From assembly GCA_963777605.1 (NCBI GenBank), contig CAVZRV010000010.1, forward strand, positions 256,001 to 320,000: DNA of 64,000 bases, in the 5' to 3' direction. The notes below the pieces were generated by a model, which did no database searches, had not been told where the DNA came from, and saw only the letters and a list, made by a program, of their open reading frames with translations. Origin of the DNA: an uncultured Acidobacteriota bacterium (GTDB taxonomy: Bacteria; Acidobacteriota; UBA6911; RPQK01; JAPXNP01). Made by a program: the position numbers and the translations under genes. Of this stretch, positions 31,108 through 41,871 are shown piece by piece (the first letter of the stretch is position 1; every line of letters begins with the position of its first letter).

Positions 31108-31122
31108 GATCTCCGTCCAGTC

Positions 31123-31929
31123 TCAGTCCGATTCTGCCCGGCTTGCCGCCAGGCCCTCGGGATCCTTGCGCATCCGGTAGCGAATCATCTGGTAGCCACG
31201 CAGAGTCACTCCGCTCAGGACATAGACGGCCGATACCACCATGAGCACTTCTTCGGAGTACCAGATAACCCCGGCCACGAGGAGTGCGAGGAGAAGAACC
31301 GTCAAATGGGACTTCCCCTTCCCCAGGTGCAACCGCTTCGGAGAAGGGTAGCGAAGAGTCGAGACCATCAACAGGCCCAGGCAGTAGGTCACTGCCACAA
31401 GGGAATACTCGGCCGCGATGCTCTCGGGGGCAGCCTTGAACATGTGTACGACAGCGGCGATAAAGCCGGCCCCGGCCGGGATGGGCAAGCCGGCGAAGTG
31501 CTTGAGCTCCTGCACCTGAACGTTGAATCGGGCCAGGCGAATGGCTCCGCAAATGAGAAAGAAGAATGCCGAGAGCCGAGCCAGGTTTCCCAAGTCTCCG
31601 AATCCCCACGAGTAGATCAAAAGCGCGGGGGCGATTCCGAAGCTGATCACGTCGGCGAGGGAATCGAGTTGAACACCGAAGTCTGAAGTTGCGCCAGTCA
31701 TCCGAGCGATACGGCCGTCCAGACCGTCGAGAACCACCGCAATTCCAATCGCAACTGAGGCGTTTTCGAAGTTCCCGTGCAAGGTTGAGATCACCGCGAA
31801 GAAGCCGGCAAAGATGTTCCCGACCGTGAAAAACGAAGGAAGGAGATAAATCGACCTCCTGGGGCGACGCAGCCGCCGTCGAATCGGTTCAGCTTCCGGA
31901 CCTTGATTCATTCCGTCCTGGACTGTCAC
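31123..31929 (-). CDS. pssA: CDP-diacylglycerol--serine O-phosphatidyltransferase
   Basis: DGLDGRIAR...FG.QLDSLAD.ISFG, RLARFN and FAGLPIP. Confidence 0.95.
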   Translation of the reverse strand: MTVQDGMNQGPEAEPIRRRLRRPRRSIYLLPSFFTVGNIFAGFFAVISTLHGNFENASVAIGIAVVLDGLDGRIARMTGATSDFGVQLDSLADVISFGIAPALLIYSWGFGDLGNLARLSAFFFLICGAIRLARFNVQVQELKHFAGLPIPAGAGFIAAVVHMFKAAPESIAAEYSLVAVTYCLGLLMVSTLRYPSPKRLHLGKGKSHLTVLLLALLVAGVIWYSEEVLMVVSAVYVLSGVTLRGYQMIRYRMRKDPEGLAASRAESD

Positions 31930-32528
31930 CGGCCACCTTTCCGCCTGGCGAGAATGGAGGTTCCACCTCGAACCCGATCACCCTCAGAAACAACCATCTC
32001 TGCGTTGGCGGGCACAATTAGGTCAACCCGACTACCGAAACGTATGAGCGCTATTCTATCACCGCACCGAACCGAATCTCCCACCGATTTCCAGGGGATA
32101 ATCCGGCGGGCGACCAATCCGGCGATCAAGGCAAAGGTGACGTCGCCGATGGTGAAAACGTGCTGTTCATTCTCTACCGAGGCACGATCGTCAAACGCCA
32201 GGTGGAACTTCCCCTTGCGATGCTCGCTTCGCTCCACCTTCCCATCGACAGGGGAACGGTTCACATGCACGTTGAAAACCGAGAGGAAGATGCAGATGAC
32301 GGGCCGGTCTCCCTCGGTGCGGATTCGGATCACCTTGCCGTCGGCCGGACTGACGATCGCGTCCGGATCGGCGGGTATCCGGCGTTCGGGATCCCGGAAG
32401 AAAAAGGCGACGAATCCCCCCAGGACCAGGAGGATTACCCCTGCCCAAACCACACCGGCAACCAGGCAGACGACTGCAAGTGCAAAAAGAGGAAGTGAAA
32501 AGAGGTAGCCTTCACGTACAAATCGCAT
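31926..32528 (-). CDS. psd: Phosphatidylserine decarboxylase proenzyme
   Basis: FFRDPER, SPADGKV, IFLSVFNVHVNRSP and RFGSRVD cleavage motif. Confidence 0.95.
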   Translation of the reverse strand: MRFVREGYLFSLPLFALAVVCLVAGVVWAGVILLVLGGFVAFFFRDPERRIPADPDAIVSPADGKVIRIRTEGDRPVICIFLSVFNVHVNRSPVDGKVERSEHRKGKFHLAFDDRASVENEQHVFTIGDVTFALIAGLVARRIIPWKSVGDSVRCGDRIALIRFGSRVDLIVPANAEMVVSEGDRVRGGTSILARRKGGR

Positions 32529-32534
32529 GCTGGT

Positions 32535-32574
32535 AAAAGAAAAAGCCTGCCGGGGCACGAATCCGCCGGCAGGC
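32535..32574 (-). terminator. Rho-independent terminator after the DUF465 gene
   Basis: Stem GCCTGCCGG/CCGGCAGGC with a T-tract on the minus strand (AAAAGAAAAA on plus). Confidence 0.7.
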
Positions 32575-32588
32575 AGATACAAGAGCAC

Positions 32589-32819
32589 CTAGTTGACGGA
32601 TTTCTGAATCTGCACTTCGTGAATCAGGGTCTGCATTTGATCCTTCAACGCGAGCTTCTTCTTCTTAATCACCGTCTCCTCAACCTGTTCATCCATACTC
32701 AGAAAGGGCTTTTCTGAAAACTCGCCCAGTTTCCGCTCAAACTGCTGATGCTCATCAAACAGTTGGCGGAAATGATCGTCAGTTTTGAGCAGATAGTCCT
32801 TTGCCGCCCTTTCATCCAT
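32589..32819 (-). CDS. YdcH/DUF465-family protein
   Basis: D.HFRQLFDEH...KKKKLALKDQM. AGGAGG RBS. Confidence 0.8.
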   Translation of the reverse strand: MDERAAKDYLLKTDDHFRQLFDEHQQFERKLGEFSEKPFLSMDEQVEETVIKKKKLALKDQMQTLIHEVQIQKSVN

Positions 32820-32933
32820 AGTCCCTACCTCCTTGGAAAATGTGATTAAAAAAACGGTGTGATTTATTCGTCTGAGGATTGTGGAATCCAGCATGCTAAC
32901 TAAATTTCACTTTAGCAGATCCACCTAGCCGTT

Positions 32934-34064
32934 TCAAGAAACTTCGGCAGTGCCAAAACGGTCGATTTTCAAAGATTTGCGGCGCAAATGCCGGGTCAGT
33001 CCGAGGTCGATCAACCGGGAAAGGAGTTCCCGGTACGGGAGACCCGAAGCCTCCCACAACTTGGGGTACATGCTGATCTTCGTGAACCCGGGAATAGTGT
33101 TCGGCTCGTTTATCCAGAGTTCCCGGCTGTTACGATCCATCAGAAAATCGACTCGCGCCATCCCCTCGAGGTGCAGTGCCCGGAAGGCCTCCACGGCAAG
33201 CCCCTGGACCCGCGCGATTTCCGCCGATTCCAAAGGAGCCGGAATTATCAACTCCGATGCCTCCGAAAGATACTTGGCCTCGTAGCTGTAAAAGACGTCG
33301 GAGGGCCGGATCTCACCCGGCACCGAAACCGTCGGGGAAAACGATCCCAGAACAGAAACCTCGATCTCACGAGCGTCGATTCCCTGCTCTACGATGACCC
33401 AGTCGTCGAAGGCCAACGCCTCGTCGATGGCGTTTTCCAGCCTGTCGGGCGCCGTACACCGGGAGATCCCAACAGAAGATCCCAGGTTGACCGGCTTGAC
33501 GAACACCGGATAGGGGAATAGCCGCGCCACCTCGGCCAGCAGGGCTTGCGGAGAAGAAGACCATTCGGCACGATCAATACAGCGGCCCGGAACCACAGGC
33601 AACCCGGCAGCAGCCAGGATCTGCTTGCAGTGCATCTTGTTCATGCCCAAGGCCGACCCTCCGACCGACGCCCCCACGTACGGCAGGTCCAGCACCTCGA
33701 GTGCCCCCTGAACGGTTCCGTCTTCACCGTAAGGTCCGTGCAGCACCGGGAAGACAACCGTCTCTTCAGAGGAACAGTTTTCCAAAAACGACACCCAGCC
33801 CACCGCATCGGGAAATTCAGACGGAGCCAGGGCGCCTGCCGGGTCGAGGCCGCGCCGGAGTTCGTCGGCCGACATCGTTGAACCATCCTTCCGGATTCCA
33901 AGCACTGATACCTGGAATCGAGAACGATCGAGATGACTGATCACGGAGGCTGCCGAAAGCAGTGAAACCTCGTGTTCTGCGGATCGTCCTCCGCAAAGCA
34001 GAACGACGTGCCTGCTACCTTCTGGAGACTTGACTCTCGCCCTCGTCGAGTCACTCACGGGCAC
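32934..34064 (-). CDS. ddl: D-alanine--D-alanine ligase
   Basis: [31 protein letters not shown] and [10 protein letters not shown]. Confidence 0.97.
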   Translation of the reverse strand: MPVSDSTRARVKSPEGSRHVVLLCGGRSAEHEVSLLSAASVISHLDRSRFQVSVLGIRKDGSTMSADELRRGLDPAGALAPSEFPDAVGWVSFLENCSSEETVVFPVLHGPYGEDGTVQGALEVLDLPYVGASVGGSALGMNKMHCKQILAAAGLPVVPGRCIDRAEWSSSPQALLAEVARLFPYPVFVKPVNLGSSVGISRCTAPDRLENAIDEALAFDDWVIVEQGIDAREIEVSVLGSFSPTVSVPGEIRPSDVFYSYEAKYLSEASELIIPAPLESAEIARVQGLAVEAFRALHLEGMARVDFLMDRNSRELWINEPNTIPGFTKISMYPKLWEASGLPYRELLSRLIDLGLTRHLRRKSLKIDRFGTAEVS

Positions 34065-34992
34065 CCTCGTAGGCCTGGATGATCAACTGAACCAAATGGT
34101 GCCGCACGACGTCACGATGGTCGAAGTAACAAAACGAGATCGCTTCGATGTGTTGAAGAATGCGAGAGGATTCCACCAGCCCCGATTTCTGCCCTGCCGG
34201 CAGATCGATTTGGGTGATGTCTCCCGTCACGACCGTCTTGGAGTTGATCCCAATCCGGGTCAAGAACATCTTCATCTGCTCGCTGGTTGCGTTCTGAGCC
34301 TCATCCAGGATGATGAACGAGTCGCTGAGGGTCCGGCCACGCATAAAGGCGATTGGAGCGACCTCGATAATTCCGCGTTCGAGAAACTTCTCCACCTTCT
34401 CGGCGTCCAGCATGTCGTAAAGGGCGTCGTAGAGGGGCCGCAGATACGGATTAACCTTCTCCTGCAAGTCGCCGGGAAGAAAGCCCAGTTTCTCGCCCGC
34501 CTCGACCGCAGGACGGGCCAGGATGATTCGCCGGACCGCCTTGCTCTGGAGCATGGAGACGGCCATGGCCACTGCCAGATAGGTCTTTCCCGTCCCCGCC
34601 GGTCCGATGCCGAAAACCAGGTCATGGCTTTCAATCGAACGCAGGTAGACATCCTGGTTCAGAGACCGGGGAACGACCTCGCGGATTGGAGTCCGGATCG
34701 ACATTCGACCCGTGAAAAGCTTGTGAAGGCTTTCGGCAGAATGCTGGGCAATCTGTCGGAAGGCATTACGCAACTCCCCGTTGGAGAATTGAACGCCCTC
34801 GTTAACCAGAGTGGAGAAATCGGCGAGGATTTGCTCGACTCTCTCCACACCATCCTCGGTACCCTCAATTGACACGCGCGAACCGCGGGCGCTGATTCGA
34901 ACGTCAAAAAGGGATTCCAGGAGCCGAATATTCTCGTCTCGAACGTCGAACAGGATCTCGGCTCCCCGGTCAGGCAGGAGGAGTTTTCTCAA
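34051..34992 (-). CDS. phoH: PhoH-family ATPase
   Basis: [32 protein letters not shown] and GDITQIDL. Confidence 0.95.
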   Translation of the reverse strand: MRKLLLPDRGAEILFDVRDENIRLLESLFDVRISARGSRVSIEGTEDGVERVEQILADFSTLVNEGVQFSNGELRNAFRQIAQHSAESLHKLFTGRMSIRTPIREVVPRSLNQDVYLRSIESHDLVFGIGPAGTGKTYLAVAMAVSMLQSKAVRRIILARPAVEAGEKLGFLPGDLQEKVNPYLRPLYDALYDMLDAEKVEKFLERGIIEVAPIAFMRGRTLSDSFIILDEAQNATSEQMKMFLTRIGINSKTVVTGDITQIDLPAGQKSGLVESSRILQHIEAISFCYFDHRDVVRHHLVQLIIQAYEGARE

Positions 34993-35010
34993 TGCGAGAA
35001 CTCCCGAACG

Positions 35011-35265
35011 CTATTCGAGGGACTTGGTCAAGCGAGACTTGTAACGCGCGGCGGCATTGGCATGTATCACGCCTTTCTGGGCCGTCTTGTCGATGATTGA
35101 GAAGACCGTGGGAAGTAGTGCCCGAGCCTCGTCCGCCTTGTTCTCCGAAACCAGGCTCCGGAACTTCTTGATCTCAGTCCTCATCCTCGACCGCTTGCTG
35201 CGATTGGCCTGGCGCCGTTTCCGGTCCTGCCGCATTCGCTTGATGGCCGACTCAATATTCGGCAT
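35011..35265 (-). CDS. rpsT: 30S ribosomal protein S20
   Basis: MPNIESAIKRMRQ...KGVIHANAAARYKSRL. Confidence 0.97.
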   Translation of the reverse strand: MPNIESAIKRMRQDRKRRQANRSKRSRMRTEIKKFRSLVSENKADEARALLPTVFSIIDKTAQKGVIHANAAARYKSRLTKSLE

Positions 35266-35341
35266 AACAGAATACTCCTGAATCTTAGGAACAACTAAAT
35301 GCGCAAATTCGTAAAGAGAGAAATTATAGGGATCTCCGTCC

Positions 35342-36274
35342 TCAGGTGTCAATGATGACCCGTTCAAGGTGGATCCGGCCCAGGGCACCGGAAGTCTTCA
35401 CCAGCCGCTCCGATTCCCTGAGACGGAGCAGGAGATCGACCAACCGTTCCCGGGAATAGCTCCGGATCTCCCTTTCCCGCCCCTTGAAGCTCCACAGCTT
35501 CAACTCCTTGATCGAGTTCATGAAGTTTTTCCGCCGATCAAGCCGTTCCTTCAGAACCAGAACCCGTTTGAAGCTCCAGTACAACAAGGAGAGTAGCTGG
35601 GGCTCCCGAACCCCGGAGTCGAACAGGCTCTGAAGCAGGTGAAGAGCCCGGATTCGATCCCGGTTCGCCAGGGCGCCGATCAGATCGAAAACCTCGTGTT
35701 CTCGACCCGCTACCGCCAGCTTGAACACCGAGTCGACGGTAATCTTCTTACTTTCCCACTCCCACAGGATCAGCTTTTCCAATTCCATCTCCAACTGCTG
35801 GAGATCTTCTCCGACCAACTCAATGAGAAGGCTGGAGGCATCCGGAGCAATTGCAAAGCCCTCTTTACGGGCCTTGCCAGAAAGCCAACTCCGGACACCT
35901 TTGCCGGTGTCCAGACTGACAACGGGGAGTTTCTTGGGCCATCCGGCCGCCTTGCGGCTGCACGCCAGGACCATTACGGTGCGATCGGATGGTTTCTCGA
36001 GGTAGGCCTTAAGCTCACTGTCCCCCTTTTCCCCGCTCCTGACAAAGATCCAGCGACGGGGGCTCATCCAGGGGAGAGTGCGGGCCCTCGACACGACCGC
36101 CTCGGTCCCTTCACTCTCAATGTCATGATCAGACCAGTCGAATGTCCGGGCCGACTCGTCGATTTGCGACCTGCAATGCTCCAGGACACGATCCCTGAGA
36201 TAAGTCTGGTCGGTCATCAACAGGTAGACTGTTTCCGGATCGGCGGTTGATTTGACGAAGTCGGAGAAGTCCAC
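35342..36274 (-). CDS. holA: DNA polymerase III delta subunit
   Basis: Clamp-loader delta pattern (ELEKL, VFDL) and conserved lptE-holA-rpsT gene order. Confidence 0.88.
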   Translation of the reverse strand: MDFSDFVKSTADPETVYLLMTDQTYLRDRVLEHCRSQIDESARTFDWSDHDIESEGTEAVVSRARTLPWMSPRRWIFVRSGEKGDSELKAYLEKPSDRTVMVLACSRKAAGWPKKLPVVSLDTGKGVRSWLSGKARKEGFAIAPDASSLLIELVGEDLQQLEMELEKLILWEWESKKITVDSVFKLAVAGREHEVFDLIGALANRDRIRALHLLQSLFDSGVREPQLLSLLYWSFKRVLVLKERLDRRKNFMNSIKELKLWSFKGREREIRSYSRERLVDLLLRLRESERLVKTSGALGRIHLERVIIDT

Positions 36275-36285
36275 AGCAATCCTTG

Positions 36286-36807
36286 CTAGAAACCCTCGAG
36301 AATCGAAACGACGACACTCTCGGCGAAATCGTTGGCAATCCGTTGAAGAGCGGGATTCATTTCGGAGAAGAAGTTCTCTACATCGACGTTCACAATGTAT
36401 TGTTCACGAAAGATGTACTGGTCGTTCTTGAAGAGGACCGCACCCGTCCGCCGGTCAGTGAGTTCGATGCCGGCGTAGACCGTAACCAGCACGGTCGAAG
36501 CAAATGCCGTGCGGGCAAACGTCACCGGGTTGGCCGTCACCCGGATGACCCGCCCTTTGAGAACGGCATCCGCCTGCGAATTGCCACTGACGACGTCGTA
36601 ATTGGTCCGCTCAACGAGTTCGGAAACAAGCGCCCGCGTCAGGATCTGCTCGACCTTGTAGGTCGTTGTCTGATTCTTAAGCGGCTCGACGTCGATGGTG
36701 TGAATCGGCTGTGGCAACCGGTTCTTTGAAGCCACCCGGTACCCGCACCCGCAAAGCCCAACCACCATGACGACAGCCAACGCGGTGCGTTTCATCTTCG
36801 GCATCAC
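36286..36807 (-). CDS. lptE: LPS assembly lipoprotein LptE family
   Basis: Lipobox ending CGY and position upstream of holA. Confidence 0.8.
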   Translation of the reverse strand: MMPKMKRTALAVVMVVGLCGCGYRVASKNRLPQPIHTIDVEPLKNQTTTYKVEQILTRALVSELVERTNYDVVSGNSQADAVLKGRVIRVTANPVTFARTAFASTVLVTVYAGIELTDRRTGAVLFKNDQYIFREQYIVNVDVENFFSEMNPALQRIANDFAESVVVSILEGF

Positions 36808-37373
36808 TCCCGCTCGCTGTCGACTTTCGAAAGCACTATGCCTTTCTGCGCCTGGTATTTCCCCCTGCGGTCACGGTAAGAGACAGTGCAGATCTCGTCC
36901 GCAGAAAAGAAAACGAGCTGGGCGATGCCTTCTCCAGCGTAGAGCCGGACCGGTGACGGGCCCGTGTTTGAAATCGCCATCGTCACGTGTCCCTCCCACT
37001 CAGGCTCGAACGGCGTGACGTTCACCAGGATTCCGCAACGGGCGTAGGTCGACTTGCCGCTGCAAAGGGTCAAAATATCGCGAGGTATCCGAAAGTATTC
37101 GACCGACTTCGCCAAGAGGAAAGAGCCGGCCGGGACAATGCAGGAGTCGCCCTCGAAGTCCTCGAACAGGCCTCCGTCAACCCCCTTGGGATCAACAACG
37201 TCGGAACCGTTGCCGCGGAAGATCTTGAACTGACGATCGACCCGGAAATCGTATCCGTACGAGGATGGTCCGAAAGAGATCGAGCCGGCCTTCACGAGCG
37301 TGTCCACAAAGGGCTCGATCATCCCCTGTTCCCTTGCCATCTCGACGATCCAATGGTCCGGTTTGACTCCCAT
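36804..37373 (-). CDS. dcd: dCTP deaminase
   Basis: [24 protein letters not shown] and GKYQAQ. Confidence 0.96.
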   Translation of the reverse strand: MGVKPDHWIVEMAREQGMIEPFVDTLVKAGSISFGPSSYGYDFRVDRQFKIFRGNGSDVVDPKGVDGGLFEDFEGDSCIVPAGSFLLAKSVEYFRIPRDILTLCSGKSTYARCGILVNVTPFEPEWEGHVTMAISNTGPSPVRLYAGEGIAQLVFFSADEICTVSYRDRRGKYQAQKGIVLSKVDSERE

Positions 37374-37462
37374 ATTCAAGGCCGGATTCTACCATACCGG
37401 GGGCTTCCCCTCCCCGGGACGAGGACTGCCCAACTCGCCGGATAAAAGGCGGAAGAGAGGCT

Positions 37463-38221
37463 TCACGGGGACTTCCGATGCGGCTCGAGGAGCCGCTCAA
37501 CCATCTCTGCCAACCCGGCATAGGCTTCGGAGCACTCTCTGTGGCGCGCATCAGCGACCGCCCCTTCGATCCCGGCCCCCTGCTTTGCCTGCGCCCCCTC
37601 AAGATGGCAGATCAAAGACTCGCGCCGCGCGGGGTTCAACGCGCCGCGCGCCGGCTCTCCGGAAGATTGTTGAGGTGGTTCCACATTCTGCTCCGCCAGG
37701 GCTTCGAGAACCGCTTCTCTTCTCCCGAGCAGGTTGACCGACAGGTACAAGGCCAACGCGTCGGCCAGGTCTTCTTCCGACCGGTCTCCCGAGCTCAGCT
37801 TGAACAGATCGATAAGGGCATGCCCAATCTCGTGACAGATAACGAACGTGATCGCGCCTTCGTAAAGGTGGTCCCGTTCGGCAGACTCCGGGCTGGGAGT
37901 CCCGGACTCCGGCAGAAGTTGCATGGCATAGGGGATCGAGATCGTCCTCGCCAAGGGATCGTAGTAGGGTCCCATCGAACCCAGCCGGATCGTGACCGAC
38001 ACCGGCAGATCCGTGCTCATTGTGACGGCCTGGGAGATGTCATTGAGCAACTTTGAACGTTGCAGGAATGCATGGACCTCGATCTCTCTCGGCCCCTGTG
38101 GTGGAAGGTAATCCAGCCGGATGTTGGCCGCCTGCACGATCCCAGGGACCAGGAAAACGACTGCGGCGGCCGATGTCACGACCGCGAGGGGGACCACCTT
38201 GCACAAACGGATCATCCACAT
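37463..38221 (-). CDS. Secreted putative metallopeptidase (DUF4344-like)
   Basis: HEIGHAL followed by EEDLAD. N-terminal signal peptide. Start uncertain. Confidence 0.7.
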   Translation of the reverse strand: MWMIRLCKVVPLAVVTSAAAVVFLVPGIVQAANIRLDYLPPQGPREIEVHAFLQRSKLLNDISQAVTMSTDLPVSVTIRLGSMGPYYDPLARTISIPYAMQLLPESGTPSPESAERDHLYEGAITFVICHEIGHALIDLFKLSSGDRSEEDLADALALYLSVNLLGRREAVLEALAEQNVEPPQQSSGEPARGALNPARRESLICHLEGAQAKQGAGIEGAVADARHRECSEAYAGLAEMVERLLEPHRKSP

Positions 38222-38331
38222 CGTCCCGACCTTCCGGTCAAGGTTCCTGAAGCTGCAGCCGCGGTCAAATCTCCCCGGCCGGTTCATCCTTGTCGCACCG
38301 AACCGACTGGAAGCCGGCGCACCCGGCCCGG

Positions 38332-39630
38332 CTAGACCTCCGGATACTCCCACGGAGATCGATAGTCCCGACGCAGCAACCGGTTGGCCTCGTCGTCACC
38401 CGGTACCCGCTCGCTACTGCCGTCCCAATTCACACTCCGGCCAAGCTTCAGCGACAGCATTCCCAGGAGGCTCATGGTCGTCGAGCGGTGCCCGATTTCA
38501 ATGTCGCAAACCGGGGTCCGACCGGTATCGATCGAATCGATAAAATCGGCCCAGAGTTCCGGGATATTCTGCTGATCGGGTTCATGAAGCCGCGGTTCCC
38601 GGTGAACCGGAGGCTCTCCCTTCTTACGCGGATAAAAGGTCCAGCCGTCCAGCCACCCCATGTGGAAGACACCTTCGGTCCCGTAGAAGAAACATCCGAA
38701 TTGATGCGGCTGCTCCGGATTGCCTCCGAACATCCGATGTTCCCACTCGACCGTAAACCCATCGAAATCGAAGGTTGCCACCTGCGTGTCGGGAGCATCG
38801 GAGGCATCCCGCAGGATGTGGCGACCTCCCGTTGAATAGATGCGCGAGGGGAATTTCTGCTCGGTCCACCAGAGGATCTGGTCCAGCCAGTGAATTCCCC
38901 AATCGCCGAGAGTACCGTTGGCATAGTCGAGAAAATTGCGAAAGCCCCGGGGATGGATTTGGGGATTGAAGCGGCGATAGGGAGCAGGGCCGCACCACAT
39001 GTCCCAGTCCAACCCTGCCGGCGCGTCGCGGTCCGCCTGGGCTTCCCCTGCGGAATCCCGGCCGTTGTAGACGAAGGCCCGAACCAGGCTGACCCGGCCG
39101 ACTCTGCCGGATTTCAGGAACTCCATCCCGGATATGTTGTGGGGAGAAACCCGCCTGTGGGTTCCGACCTGGACCGTCCGGCCGGCCTTTCGGGCGGCCT
39201 TGACCATGGCCCGGCCTTCCAGAATCGTGTGACCGATCGGTTTCTCCACGTAGACGTGGGCACCGCTTTCCACTGCCGCAATCGTGATCAGCGGATGCCA
39301 GTGGTCAGGAGTCGCGACGATGACGACCTCGGGTTTCTGCTCCTTCAACAGTTCCCGGAAATCGCGATACGACCGCGGTGCGCTTCCGGTGAGTTGAGTG
39401 ACCTTCTCGAGTCCTGGTTTGAGCTGACGTTCATCGACGTCACACATAGCCACGACGCGGCTTCGGCCGGCTGCAATCGCCGATCCCAGGATATTCATTC
39501 CCCACCAGCCTGTGCCGATCAAAGCGGTGGACATCACCCGCCCTTCAGCCCGGCCAAAAACAGGTGTTCCGAGGGCAACTCCTCCCGCCATCGCGGCCCT
39601 CACGAAATCCCGGCGATTCAGTTTCCCCAT
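38332..39630 (-). CDS. Tat-exported Gfo/Idh/MocA oxidoreductase
   Basis: LNRRDF, IGTGWWG, ATPDHWH, YVEKP and DWGIH. Confidence 0.93.
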   Translation of the reverse strand: MGKLNRRDFVRAAMAGGVALGTPVFGRAEGRVMSTALIGTGWWGMNILGSAIAAGRSRVVAMCDVDERQLKPGLEKVTQLTGSAPRSYRDFRELLKEQKPEVVIVATPDHWHPLITIAAVESGAHVYVEKPIGHTILEGRAMVKAARKAGRTVQVGTHRRVSPHNISGMEFLKSGRVGRVSLVRAFVYNGRDSAGEAQADRDAPAGLDWDMWCGPAPYRRFNPQIHPRGFRNFLDYANGTLGDWGIHWLDQILWWTEQKFPSRIYSTGGRHILRDASDAPDTQVATFDFDGFTVEWEHRMFGGNPEQPHQFGCFFYGTEGVFHMGWLDGWTFYPRKKGEPPVHREPRLHEPDQQNIPELWADFIDSIDTGRTPVCDIEIGHRSTTMSLLGMLSLKLGRSVNWDGSSERVPGDDEANRLLRRDYRSPWEYPEV

Positions 39631-39640
39631 CACTCCTCCT

Positions 39641-40411
39641 CTAATGCATGACTTGCCCACCACAGATGTTATAGGCCTGCCCCGTGATGTTCCTCGCCTC
39701 CTCGGAAACCAGGAAGCGCACCAGCCCGGCAACCTCTTCAGGCTCGATCATGCTATTGAGCGGAACGTGACGCAAGGCCGCTTCTCGAAACTCCGTGTAG
39801 GTTCTGCCGGATTCCTCGGCAAGGCGCTCCATGACCGACTTCGCCATTTCCGTCTCAACCCAACCCGGGCAAAGAGCATTCGCGGTGATCTTCCGGGGCG
39901 CCAATTCCAGCGCCGCGGTCCGGACGAGTCCGATCAGCCCGTGCTTGGCTGCGCTGTAACCGGCCGACCCGGGAGCTCCAAACTTACCGGTGACCGACGA
40001 GATGTAGATCATGCGACCGCCGTCCGGCATGTGTGCCAGCACCCGAGTGGTCAGGTAGTACGGAGCGTCCAGGTTGGCTGCCAGGATGTCGCGCCAGGCT
40101 GCGTCGTCAGGGCGATCCAGCGGCGTCGGGCCAGTCGAGCCTGCGTTGTTGACGAGAATGTCGATCTGGCCGAAGCGTTCGACAACGCGGCCAACGAAGT
40201 TATCGATGTCGACTGGCTTGCAAACGTCACAGGGAACAGTGAGCACGTCGACTCCAGCCGAGGCCAGGTCACGGGCGGCGTCGGTGAGTCTCCCCACGCT
40301 TCTGCCACAAATCGCGACCTTCGCACCGTCAAGGCCAAGGCGACGCGCAATCGCCAGACCGATTCCCGCACTCCCTCCCGTAATCAGAGCGGATTTTCCG
40401 GTAAGTTCCAT
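39641..40411 (-). CDS. Short-chain dehydrogenase/reductase
   Basis: TGGSAGIG, NNAG, YSAAK and PGWVET. Confidence 0.94.
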   Translation of the reverse strand: MELTGKSALITGGSAGIGLAIARRLGLDGAKVAICGRSVGRLTDAARDLASAGVDVLTVPCDVCKPVDIDNFVGRVVERFGQIDILVNNAGSTGPTPLDRPDDAAWRDILAANLDAPYYLTTRVLAHMPDGGRMIYISSVTGKFGAPGSAGYSAAKHGLIGLVRTAALELAPRKITANALCPGWVETEMAKSVMERLAEESGRTYTEFREAALRHVPLNSMIEPEEVAGLVRFLVSEEARNITGQAYNICGGQVMH

Positions 40412-40473
40412 TGGACTAACTATAACCCAGTCCATCCGGCATGGTTGACTCCCGCCGTTCCTTGCAGTAATCA

Positions 40474-41535
40474 GTGAACATGTTTCCCTCGCGGATCGAT
40501 CGAGTTCCTCCGGTGGGTCGAGCCTTCCTCTATCTATTCGTGCTGTCGTTGGCGCCTTCGGTCCCGGTCGTGGCGCAGCAACGGAGTCCGCTCGACGATT
40601 TGCCGTCCAATATCCGCATCCTGACTCAGTTCGGCGAGCGTGCCGTCTGGTCCCCGGACGGAACGCGAGTCGCGTTCGTCCATCGAACGCTGGGCGACGC
40701 GTTCGAGGTCGAGGTCGCAACCGGATCGATCAAATGCCTGACCTGTACCTTTAAGAACGCAGGCTTCTTCCGGGTTCACTACCTCCCCACCGGTGATTAC
40801 ATCCTGATCGGGCCCGTTGAGTCCACCGACCCCCAGCAGGCCCGATGGAACCGCGCGGCCCTCTGGTTTCTGGACAGGAATCGTCAACGACCTCCGGTCA
40901 GCCTCAACCGGAGACTCAACGAGGGGATCGCCACATCAAAGACTTCTCCAACCATTGCCTGGTCCGAGAGTTCCAGCCAGTACCCGGATCGTATACCTGA
41001 GGGCGTCTCGCGACTGATGACCGGAGAGGTCCTTAGCGATTCCAGTGGACCGCACCTGGTCAACATCAGACTGGTGCACCAGGACAAGTGGCCCCACTGC
41101 TGGCTGGAAGCCCAGGACTTTCGTCGAGACGACGCTGAACTGATCTATTCCTGTTACCAACCCGAAACCAAGGCAGACGTCATGGGAGTTGACCTTGCCT
41201 CGGGCAGGACGACCAACTACACGGCGTCCCCCGGAGTCTATGACGAGCCCGAGGGAATCTTCCCCGATGGCCAGTACACCACGGTCGAATCCGACCGGCA
41301 GAACCCAAGGGGAGATCACTACGTCGACATCTGGAAACTCCGCCTCGACAGCATGGGCGCGGATTACCAGCGTCTTACGCACTTCACCGATTACGACGGG
41401 TACAAGGCATCCAACCCCACGATCAGCCCAGACGGCCGGTTCATGGCCTTTCAGTTGGCCATGTCAAAAGACGAGGCCGGAGTGGGATACGGAATCCTGA
41501 TCATGGACTTGGCCGCAAAGTCGGGCACGCGATGA
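40474..41535 (+). CDS. Secreted TolB-like beta-propeller protein
   Basis: Signal peptide and WSPDG, FPDG, ISPDG (PD40-like) repeats. Confidence 0.8.
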   Translation: MNMFPSRIDRVPPVGRAFLYLFVLSLAPSVPVVAQQRSPLDDLPSNIRILTQFGERAVWSPDGTRVAFVHRTLGDAFEVEVATGSIKCLTCTFKNAGFFRVHYLPTGDYILIGPVESTDPQQARWNRAALWFLDRNRQRPPVSLNRRLNEGIATSKTSPTIAWSESSSQYPDRIPEGVSRLMTGEVLSDSSGPHLVNIRLVHQDKWPHCWLEAQDFRRDDAELIYSCYQPETKADVMGVDLASGRTTNYTASPGVYDEPEGIFPDGQYTTVESDRQNPRGDHYVDIWKLRLDSMGADYQRLTHFTDYDGYKASNPTISPDGRFMAFQLAMSKDEAGVGYGILIMDLAAKSGTR

Positions 41536-41871
41536 GGTTGCCGTCCGGAAGGCAATCGTGACCACGGCCCTTCACGGGTTCCGAGAAGCCAACTGAAACA
41601 AATCCTGCAAGTTGCCGACAACCAGCCCAACCGCGCTAGCCCAATCTCCCGTGCCTCCTCCCGTCAGATTTCGAAAAGTCAAACCAGAGTTGGACTATTT
41701 CTCATGCCCCACCTTGACTTTTTTCCTTCCGAAATCCCTCCAACTCGAACAAGTCCCATGAAATTAATGTCTTATGAAATCTTCAAGAATTGGAACGGGA
41801 CCTGCGATAACAGCCGGTTGACAGTGCCCCGGCCAGGGGACACGAACAGAAACCCAAACAGGAGGTGTGAA

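Noticed and set aside
41714-41846. TTGACT (41714) and TTGACA (41818) as sigma70 -35 boxes for the peptide operon
   Set aside because: No acceptable -10 hexamer at 16-18 nt spacing for either.
41704-41871. N-terminal extension of the precursor ORF (129-aa call)
   Set aside because: No RBS at 41704 and the extension does not look like protein. The strong Shine-Dalgarno and signal peptide start at GTG 41872.
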